A stretch of DNA of 18,623 nucleotides from NCBI GenBank assembly GCA_043754515.1, contig JAYUUO010000021.1:1-18623 (forward strand), given 5' to 3'. This DNA comes from Armatimonadota bacterium. GTDB lineage: Bacteria > Armatimonadota > Armatimonadia > Armatimonadales > Armatimonadaceae. Both the position numbers and the translations under genes were made by a program. Shown here one piece after another: positions 1 through 6,827 of the stretch (the stretch's first letter is position 1; each line of letters starts with the position of its first letter). The notes beneath the pieces are model-generated. The model saw only the letters and a program-made list of their open reading frames with translations, ran no database searches and was not told the DNA's origin.

Positions 1-1
1 G

Positions 2-283
2 ATCCGGTTCCACATCTTCCCTGACACGTGGGACGGCGCGGGCGGGACGCAACCGCGCTTCGGGCAACGGGTCTCTTTCATTCCTGGCGGCGCGCCGTAT
101 GAACTGTCGCTGACCGATCCGGTTTTGAAGCGGCGGCTACGCGGCGTGGGCATCGGCTCGTACTCACCCGCCGACATCGGCCTGCCACCGGGCGAAACGC
201 CGTATCTGGTATGCCGTTTGGGCGAGCCTTATCTGGACGACTGTTGCTACAAACTGGTGGCGGCGGTGCTGTCGCCGCCGTAG
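2..283 (+). CDS. 3' end of a hypothetical protein resembling the dual OB-containing domain family (partial, begins upstream of the window)
   Basis: Frame 2 is open from base 2 to TAG at 281-283 and is absent from the ORF track because it has no start. It translates to ...YELSLTDPVLKRRL...YLVCRLGEPYLDDCCYKLVAAVLSPP*. The Y.LslTDP and LGEP(Y/F)...CYKLVAAV motifs match my recollection of the dual-OB family C-terminus. Confidence 0.6.
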   Translation: MRFHIFPDTWDGAGGTQPRFGQRVSFIPGGAPYELSLTDPVLKRRLRGVGIGSYSPADIGLPPGETPYLVCRLGEPYLDDCCYKLVAAVLSPP

Positions 284-393
284 CCCCCGCGTCTCACGAG
301 TGGGTTGGGGCAAGACGGCGGTCTGCCCCCGGCCCGTCCGGGGTCGCCAATGGGTGGGCGCAACCATGCGTCTCGTTTTTGCGTCTATAAAGC

Positions 394-837
394 ATGAATC
401 TTTTTCAGGTGTTCTTTGGCGCGTTGCTGGCGGGATCCGTCGGGTACACCGTGTGGGGCTACTCGCGCAAATACGGCGCGCTGTCCGGCAAGTCGCGCCT
501 GTTCCGCATGGTCGGGCTGGTGTTGATCAACCTGCTGTTGCTGACGGTGCTTATGTACTTCAGCACCGATTGGAACGCGATGCGTTACCGGATCGGCATT
601 CCTAGCCAAACATCGTCCCGGCTGGTGCTGGCGAGTCAGGCATTGTACGGCACGATCTGGGTACTGTTGTCGGTACTCGCGGTCGGCACGGCGGGGCTGG
701 ACTCGCTGGAAAACTTTTCCATCTACCGTAAGAAGCGGCGTGAGGTACTCGACGAGATGATTCAAGAGGCCATCTCATCGAGCCGTGAAAAACGGGCGGC
801 GGGCGGGGGAAGTGACTCCGGCAGTGTCACTTCGTGA
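394..837 (+). CDS. Hypothetical membrane protein (about 3 TM helices, charged C-terminal tail)
   Basis: 147-aa ORF with three hydrophobic stretches. Its stop overlaps the ribD start (GTGATG), suggesting translational coupling. Confidence 0.75.
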   Translation: MNLFQVFFGALLAGSVGYTVWGYSRKYGALSGKSRLFRMVGLVLINLLLLTVLMYFSTDWNAMRYRIGIPSQTSSRLVLASQALYGTIWVLLSVLAVGTAGLDSLENFSIYRKKRREVLDEMIQEAISSSREKRAAGGGSDSGSVTS

Positions 838-1979
838 TGGAATCGGCGGCGAATGACGCGCGGTTCCTGCGCCGCGCTCTGACCCTTGCGAAGCGCGGCA
901 AGTTCACCCACCCGAACCCCAAAGTGGGCGCGGTGATCGTGCGGGACGGCGTGATCGTCGGCGAGGGCTGGCACCTCGGACCCGGCACGCCGCACGCCGA
1001 GGCGATGGCGTTTTCAAGTGCTGGGGACGCCGCGCGTGGCGCGACGATCTATGTCACCCTGGAGCCGTGCGCCCACACCCATAATGCCGACGGCTCGCCA
1101 CGCGTTCCCTGCGCCGCGCGTTGCATCGGGGCGGGCATCTCGCGGGTCGTCTGTGCCATGCAAGACCCCGACCCGCGTACGGCGGGCCGCGGCATCGAGT
1201 CACTCCAGGTCGCGGGCGTCGCGGTCACGGTCGGCGTCCGCGAGGCCGAAGCCCGCGCCCTCAACCGCCCCTTCATCAAGCACCGCGAGACGGGACTGCC
1301 CTACATTCTCCATAAAGCCGCGATGACGCTTGACGGCAAGATCGCCACGGTCACCGGATCGTCGCGCTGGGTGACGGGCGGGGAGAGCCGCGCGTTCGTC
1401 CACCGCGCTCTGCGTAACACCGTGGACGCCGTGATCGTCGGAATCGGCACCGTGCTAACCGATGACCCTTCCTTGACGACGCGGCTCGCCGGGGGGAACG
1501 CCCACGCCCCGTTGCGTGTCATAATAGATAGCGCGCTACGGACACCAACAGCCGCGAAGGCGGTTGGGCCAGGGACGATTGTCTACGCGAACGACGACGC
1601 GGACACGCGGGCGCGGATTGCGGGCCTGACGGATCGCGGCGCGAACGTCGTTTTGCTCCCGCCCGGCGCGGACGGGCGCGTTGATCTGACGAGCGCGATG
1701 CGGCACCTTTGTGACATGCGCGGCGCGCTTTCGTTGCTACTGGAAGCGGGCGCGGAGCTTGCAGCGGGGTTTTACGGGGCACGGCTAGTGGATGCCGCGC
1801 TCGTGTTCGTCGCTCCGAAACTGGTCGGCGGGCGGGGCGCGCCGACACCGATTGGCGGCGACGGATTGACAAAGGATATGAATCGCGCCCTCAGAGCCGG
1901 TACAATAACGGTGAGGCGGTTTGGCGCGGATATTGCACTCCACGCGGATGTTCTTTACGATGTAGAGGGCGCGGAGTAA
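834..1979 (+). CDS. ribD: Bifunctional diaminohydroxyphosphoribosylaminopyrimidine deaminase / reductase RibD (start may be ATG 837)
   Basis: Motifs PNPKVGAVIV, HAE, YVTLEPC...PC, KAAMTLDGKIA, DAVIVGIGTVLTDDPSLTTR and FVAPKLVGG. Confidence 0.97.
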   Translation: MMESAANDARFLRRALTLAKRGKFTHPNPKVGAVIVRDGVIVGEGWHLGPGTPHAEAMAFSSAGDAARGATIYVTLEPCAHTHNADGSPRVPCAARCIGAGISRVVCAMQDPDPRTAGRGIESLQVAGVAVTVGVREAEARALNRPFIKHRETGLPYILHKAAMTLDGKIATVTGSSRWVTGGESRAFVHRALRNTVDAVIVGIGTVLTDDPSLTTRLAGGNAHAPLRVIIDSALRTPTAAKAVGPGTIVYANDDADTRARIAGLTDRGANVVLLPPGADGRVDLTSAMRHLCDMRGALSLLLEAGAELAAGFYGARLVDAALVFVAPKLVGGRGAPTPIGGDGLTKDMNRALRAGTITVRRFGADIALHADVLYDVEGAE

Positions 1980-2009
1980 ACGACACGGAAGGCGACATAC
2001 AAAAACATA

Positions 2010-2762
2010 ATGTTTACCGGAATAATCGAGTCGGTTGGGAAAGTAGCGGGTATCGAGCGCGGTTCCGAGTCCGCGCGTCTGACGGTAACGGCCGGCAAAA
2101 TCGCCGAGGATGTCGCCCCCGGCGATTCGGTGAGTATTAATGGCGTTTGTCTGACCGTGACAAGCATTTCGGCTCCGCGCGTGACATTCGACGCGGTATA
2201 CGAGACTCTGCGCAAATCCACGCTCGGCGATCTGGGCACGGGCGATCCCGTGAATATGGAACGCGCGGTGCCGGTCGGCGGGCGGCTCGGCGGGCACGTC
2301 GTACAGGGACACGTAGACGGCACGGGGCGCGTCGCGTCCATCCGCCCTATAGGCAACTCCTGGTTTGTGTACATTGACGCCGCGCCCGAACTGATGCGCT
2401 ACATCGTGACCAAAGGCTCTGTGGCTGTGAACGGCATTTCGCTCACGGTGGCCGAGTCCGAGGACCGAACGTTCGCGCTTTCGATTATCCCGTTCACCTG
2501 GGAAAACACCACGTTGCACAACTTGCGTGCCGGGGACACTGTGAATATCGAGACCGATATTCTCGGCAAATATGTCGAGAAGATGCTCGGCGGCTACGGC
2601 GGGAACAGTGCCGCGTCACCGACCGATCCCTATTCGGAGCGCACCGGGCGCGAGCGGAGCGGCAACAACGTCTCGATGGATCTGCTCACCCGCAGCGGCT
2701 ACGTCACCGCGACCGCGACGGACGAGTCGCGCTACGGGGGGTATGGCTCCGAACGGGAGTGA
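2010..2762 (+). CDS. ribE: Riboflavin synthase (alpha chain)
   Basis: N-terminal MFTGII, plus GDSVSINGVCLTV, GGHVVQGHVDG, KGSVAVNGISLTV and VNIETDILGKYV. Confidence 0.97.
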   Translation: MFTGIIESVGKVAGIERGSESARLTVTAGKIAEDVAPGDSVSINGVCLTVTSISAPRVTFDAVYETLRKSTLGDLGTGDPVNMERAVPVGGRLGGHVVQGHVDGTGRVASIRPIGNSWFVYIDAAPELMRYIVTKGSVAVNGISLTVAESEDRTFALSIIPFTWENTTLHNLRAGDTVNIETDILGKYVEKMLGGYGGNSAASPTDPYSERTGRERSGNNVSMDLLTRSGYVTATATDESRYGGYGSERE

Positions 2763-3349
2763 GTGACGCCGTGAATGTCGAGATGAGCACGGAACCTTAC
2801 TTCGCACACGAGGCTTTTCGCCGGGCGCGGCTTTCCGGAATGTCGCGCCGTCAGTGTCTGTTCTTCACGGCATGGTGTTGCGATCGGCTCTGGGTTGACC
2901 TCGACGAACCGTATCTGGCCTTGATTGGGGCGGAACGCGCGGCGATCTTCCGGGACGCGTATAGGGATCTGTGGGACGGCTTGATGACGAGTCTGCCGAT
3001 CCCAGCGGAGCGATTCGGTGCTCTTCCTCCGATCCTTGAGGGCCTGGCCGATGAGCACGGGAGCTACAGCATCGCACTCGACAGCAGTGAGCAAGAGTCA
3101 ACGTTTTCCTGCTACTACCATCTTATGCGGTGCGCGGCGGATGTGACGGATCAGGGTGCCTTCCACGCTGGTGCTGTACTCGCTGAGTTGGCTGACTTTC
3201 ATTGCAACGGCGACATGACCTCCGTCCTATTTCGTGACGAGGTGCGACGTCAAAGGGACATGATCGAGTGGCTGTCGTCTCATGCCACATTTGACGCGGC
3301 CAGTCGGTTCCTATACCGGGAAGATTCCCCATTTTGGAGAAACCAGTAG
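2759..3349 (+). CDS. Hypothetical helical protein, DUF416/YjaG-like (tentative)
   Basis: 196-aa ORF with a GTGA overlap with the ribE stop. LSGMSRRQCLFFTAWCCDRLW and the C-terminal FRDEVRRQRDMIEWL resemble DUF416-like proteins. Confidence 0.55.
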   Translation: MSDAVNVEMSTEPYFAHEAFRRARLSGMSRRQCLFFTAWCCDRLWVDLDEPYLALIGAERAAIFRDAYRDLWDGLMTSLPIPAERFGALPPILEGLADEHGSYSIALDSSEQESTFSCYYHLMRCAADVTDQGAFHAGAVLAELADFHCNGDMTSVLFRDEVRRQRDMIEWLSSHATFDAASRFLYREDSPFWRNQ

Positions 3350-3449
3350 CAGTTCGTGATCGAAACTACGCCACGTAATCTCGTCCTGTAAGCGGCCTTG
3401 CAATTATGGTAGACGGGATCTGGAAGTTCTCTGACGTTCCATAACGCTG

Positions 3450-3610
3450 ATTTTGACAGTAGGATTTATGTGACGACTCCGCCAGATAAATCAGGCGGCT
3501 TCTGGTGCGAGGCGAACCTCACAGCAGAGAACGGAACGTTCTGTCCGCGTCTTCTCACGCGGCGCACAGAGCCACCTCTTACGTTAGCGCGTAACGGCTC
3601 CGTCCGAGCC
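3450..3610 (-). ncRNA. TnpB omega-RNA (reRNA)-like scaffold (about 3610-3470) plus flank-derived guide (about 3469-3450, AUAAAUCCUACUGUCAAAAU)
   Basis: GGCUCGGACGGAGCC hairpin, then CGCUAACGUA, then AGAAG plus the terminal hairpin and GAGUCGUCAC. This is the layout I recognise from IS605 tnpB 3' ends. Guide length and 5' boundary are inferred. Confidence 0.75.
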
Positions 3611-3984
3611 ATGATTTCGCCGAGGCGAACCCAGATGTTTAGAAAAAAACCCGTGTCTGTTGTCTCAATCGCATGGCAGAACCGCCTGAATCCGCGACGT
3701 AACTAACACTTTCATCATCGGGGCAGAGCGGCTCGCTTCACCTAAAATCGAGGAAATTTTACGCCGCTAAACAGCCTGTTGGCTTTCTTATTGACGACCT
3801 TATCGTACACCGAGAAAGGATGGAAGGCAAGGAGAAACGGCGCGGTAGACGCGCCTGAAGTCGCGCTTCGCGCGACGCGGCTCAGAGAAATCGTTCATGC
3901 GATTTTCTTGTATTCCACAAGACCGCAGCGGTTTGTGTGATTTCCCTGCCACCTAAAGGAGACACTCCCCTTGTCGCATTTATT
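3470..3984 (-). mobile_element. Non-autonomous IS200/IS605-family element (PATE-like, 515 bp, no intact tnpA or tnpB)
   Basis: The minus strand reads CCAT | AATAAATGCGACAAGGGGAG-TGTCTCCTTTAGGTGGCA ... GAAG-CCGCCTGATTTATCTGGCGG-AGTCGTCAC |. The left hairpin (3947-3964) and right hairpin (3479-3498) both have a TTTA loop and a T-T mismatch at the same position. Removing 3470-3984 restores AGGA-TTTAT-ATG in front of the Uma2 gene. Confidence 0.88.
3802..3830 (-). promoter_or_regulatory. Sigma70-type promoter inside the element, pointing toward the omega-RNA
   Basis: TTGCCT (3830-3825), 17-bp spacer, TACGAT (3807-3802). Predicted start at G3795 (GUCAAUAAGAAAGCC...). Confidence 0.65.
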
Positions 3985-4676
3985 ATGGCTACAGCGACTC
4001 TCGAAAAACATTCCGAAACGCAGACCGCGCTCCCGCCGTCGTTTTCGCACACGCCGTCCTTTATGACTTTTGAGCAGTTTCTCAGTTGGGCGAGTGAGGA
4101 CACTCCGCCGAATGGGTAGACGGAAGGGTTATATTTTTGTCCGCATCAAATCGGCATCAGCTTATCGTATCGTTCCTTCTATCGCTCTTCCGCTTGTGGA
4201 TAGACACACAAGAGGTGGGCGGTTAGGTGACGACGGCACCGTTCGTGATGCGTTGCCGCGTCGGGACACCGGGCCGCGAGCCGGATATCTTGCATCTGCG
4301 GGAAGAGAACTTCGGGCGACTGCGTGAGAACTACCTGGATGGTCCCGCCGACCTCGCCGTCGAGATCGTCAGCCCAGAGAGCGTGCGGCGTGACCGCATC
4401 GCGAAGTTCACGGAGTATGAGGCGGGCGGCGTGGGCGAGTACTGGATAATAAACCCCGCCGATCGCACCGCCGAGTTCTACGTCCGCGACTTCGGCTCGT
4501 CCTCCTCCCGCCGGGCACCTGTCGAGGGACTGACCGAGGAGAGCGGCGGCGTTTACACGTGCGCGATGCTGGGCGGTCTGGTCGTGAACGTCGCCTGGCT
4601 CTTTGCTACCTCGCTCCCGTCGCTGGCTCCGATCGTGCGCGCGTGGCAAGCCGTCCCCGAACCTAACACTCCCTGA
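3985..4676 (+). pseudogene. Uma2/DUF820 family PD-(D/E)xK endonuclease, disrupted
   Basis: MATATLEK...MTFEQFLSWASEDT, then a frameshift at about 4105 into AEWVDGRVIF..SNRHQ.., then an in-frame TAG at 4224-4226, then REPDIL..GPADLAVEIVSPES..RDRIAKF.EY..GVGEYWIINP. It is also separated from its RBS by the inserted element. Confidence 0.9.
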
Positions 4677-5012
4677 AGTTCGGGGGCACTAGACTTTGAG
4701 CCTCTCCCCCACAAATAGTGGCGGCGTTCACGATGATCCACGCGCTACTGTGAAGCCACCGCTGAGAATCGGCCTGCAATGTGGAACGGACTGTGACACG
4801 CGGGCGCGGTATGGCGGTGGCTGGCCTGGCAAAAGCGCGTATCAATCGTCGGCAAAGCGAGCAGGATCGGAAAGAAATTACCGCTTATGAGCGACATCCA
4901 GTACCTGTCGTGTGGGGCGGTGGGCGTGTGGCTAACCCTGGAGTGCTACCCGAACCGCGTGCCACGGCGAACGACTGCCTCCCGGCAATCGAGTAACGGT
5001 TCGGGGAACTAG
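4654..5012. repeat. Pair of related imperfect palindromes (REP-like, degenerate)
   Basis: CCCCGAAC (4655-4662) pairs with GTTCGGGG (4678-4685), and CCCGAACCG (4949-4957) pairs with CGGTTCGGG (4997-5005). Each is followed shortly by ACTAG. Confidence 0.35.
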
Positions 5013-5055
5013 GTATGACGCGCGTTGTAAAACCTACAAAGGATGCCGCGCGATT

Positions 5056-5733
5056 ATGAGTGTCTCACACAATCTTAGTCCCCCAAACGAACCGGAGGAT
5101 GCGTTCGGGCGACCCGAGGATGTGGACTTCGTCTACGATCAAGTCTTCCGGGCTACGCTGGACCGCCCCGGATTCGTCTCCATCCCGCTCGCGCCGGGCA
5201 CCGACTCGCGCGGTCTGCGGAGAGCGATGCTGGCCCTCGCGCGACAACTGTCCGAGCGTCACCCCGAACCGCTCGACTTGCAGTGGGTGTTGCGCTTCGA
5301 TCAGCAGATAACCAGCCGTTTCCACCGAGACGCCGCGCTAGATGAGTCGTATCTGCTCCTCGGCTAAGAGCCGTCGCCGGTAGTAAGCGAGGTCGCAATG
5401 GCAGACTTCTCCCGCGCGGCGCGAGATCTGGGCATCACGCCCGCCGAATACGTCGCCCTGTACAACCCGATGTTCCCCGCAAACGCCGACCGGCTGGGGC
5501 CATACATAACGCGCCTCGCGCCGTTCGATCCGCGCCTTGCCCATCTGCTCGTCATCAACAACAGCGTGTCGCGACCGGGCGTTTTCCATCAGGCGACTGT
5601 GCCGACACCCGTTTCCGGAGCGCGGCGGGTGATCAACTCCGTGCTTCTCGCGCCGAAGTCGCTCGCGGACGAGAAGGTGCCATCTACTGATCGCGAGGCG
5701 TTTCTCAGCACGGATACCGTTAGTGGCGGGTAA
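5056..5733 (+). pseudogene. Hypothetical protein with 2OG-Fe(II) oxygenase-like HxD...H...R signature, interrupted by a nonsense codon
   Basis: ORFs 5056-5367 and 5398-5733 are in one frame, separated by a single TAA (5365-5367): ...FHRDAALDESYLLLG*EPSPVVSEVAMADF...VFHQATVP...RRVINS. The TAA plausibly derives from a Tyr codon. Confidence 0.75.
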
Positions 5734-5848
5734 GGTCAGGGCGGGGTGGGCGGCCCCGCGCCGCGCGGCGGGTGAATCCGGGTATAGTTTCGCCAGTGGT
5801 TGGCGAATCGTCATGTGGCCCCGCGAGGCGGACAAAGAAAATAACTGT

Positions 5849-6823
5849 ATGAAAGCAATGGTGATCGCGGCGAACGGCGGGCCGGAAGTGTTCGAGGAGC
5901 GCGAGATGGACACGCCGGTTCCGGGCGCAAATGAAGTGCTGGTGCTGGTGCGGGCGAGTTCCGTGAATCCCGCCGATGTCGGGGCGCGGCGCGGGATGTT
6001 CGGGCCGCACGCGATGGCACTTCCCGCAGTACTCGGCTTCGACGTGGCGGGCACTATCGGGCAGGTCGGGCCGGGCGTGACCGGATGGGTGGTTGGGGAC
6101 GACGTCTACTACGCCATCCCGGCGGACGCGGGGCACGCGGGCGGCTACGCCGAGTTCAACATCGCGCCCGCTTCTATCCTGGCGCGGAAGCCGTCAAACC
6201 TCTCATTCGCGGAAGCGGCGGCGGTACCGGTCGCGGGCGGCACTGCGTGGGCGGCACTGATATCGCGTGCCGCGGTCCGTGTGGGCGAGACGGTGCTGAT
6301 TCACGGCGGGGCGGGCGGAGTCGGCTCTTTCGCGGTGCAAATCGCGCGGGCGGCGGGGGCGTTCGTGTTCGCCACGTGCGGCGCGTATGACGCGGCCCGC
6401 GTGCGCGAGCTGGGCGCACATCGCGTGATTGACTACCGAACCGAGAAGTTCGCTGATGTCGTTCTCGCGGAGACGGGTGGCAAGGGGGTTGACGTCAGCT
6501 TCACCACGGTCGGCGGTCCGCTGCTCGCGGAAAGCCTACTGGTAACGCGGATGGGGGGGCGCGCCGTTACCGTTACCGGTCCGGCGGCGGGTCTGGAAGG
6601 GGCGCAGTTCGCGGCCATGATGCGCAACCTGACGATATACTTCGCCCACCTGGACGAGGCCGCGCCGAAACTCGAAGCGTTGCGGACGCTGATCAAGCGC
6701 GGCCAGCTCAAACCCCTGATATGTGCCACGTTCCCGATGACGCGGGTGGCGGACGCGCACCGGCTTCAGGAACAGGGCGGCGAAACTGTGTACGGCAAAA
6801 TTGTTCTGGAAGCCGTGCCGTGA
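5849..6823 (+). CDS. MDR-superfamily zinc-independent oxidoreductase (NADPH:quinone reductase-like)
   Basis: MKAMVI start at 5849, then GGPEV, ASSVNPAD, LGFDVAG and Rossmann VLIHGGAGGVGSFAVQIA. No Zn-cysteine cluster. Confidence 0.92.
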   Translation: MKAMVIAANGGPEVFEEREMDTPVPGANEVLVLVRASSVNPADVGARRGMFGPHAMALPAVLGFDVAGTIGQVGPGVTGWVVGDDVYYAIPADAGHAGGYAEFNIAPASILARKPSNLSFAEAAAVPVAGGTAWAALISRAAVRVGETVLIHGGAGGVGSFAVQIARAAGAFVFATCGAYDAARVRELGAHRVIDYRTEKFADVVLAETGGKGVDVSFTTVGGPLLAESLLVTRMGGRAVTVTGPAAGLEGAQFAAMMRNLTIYFAHLDEAAPKLEALRTLIKRGQLKPLICATFPMTRVADAHRLQEQGGETVYGKIVLEAVP

Positions 6824-6827
6824 CACG

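Noticed and set aside
284..393. FMN riboswitch upstream of the rib genes
   Set aside because: The region is short and lacks the conserved AGGGCGGGGUG..AUUCCC.ACCGGCGGU signature.
2590..2762. Long Gly/Ser/Tyr-rich C-terminal tail of RibE as a separate domain
   Set aside because: Low-complexity tails of variable length are common on riboflavin synthases, and nothing here supports a distinct function.
3470..3706. 78-aa plus-strand ORF (MTTPPDKSGGF...)
   Set aside because: It is the antisense reading of the element's right end and omega-RNA. Its GTG start is just the reverse complement of the terminal TCAC.
3470..3795. Reading the element as a HEARO/IscB omega-RNA or as a group I intron (IStron)
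   Set aside because: There is no iscB ORF and I could not find group I core motifs. The GAAG-hairpin-TCAC layout fits a TnpB-type right end.
4224..5367. Stop-codon recoding or alternative genetic code explaining the internal stops
   Set aside because: The two stops differ (TAG and TAA), one gene also has a frameshift, and both codons terminate intact genes elsewhere in the window.
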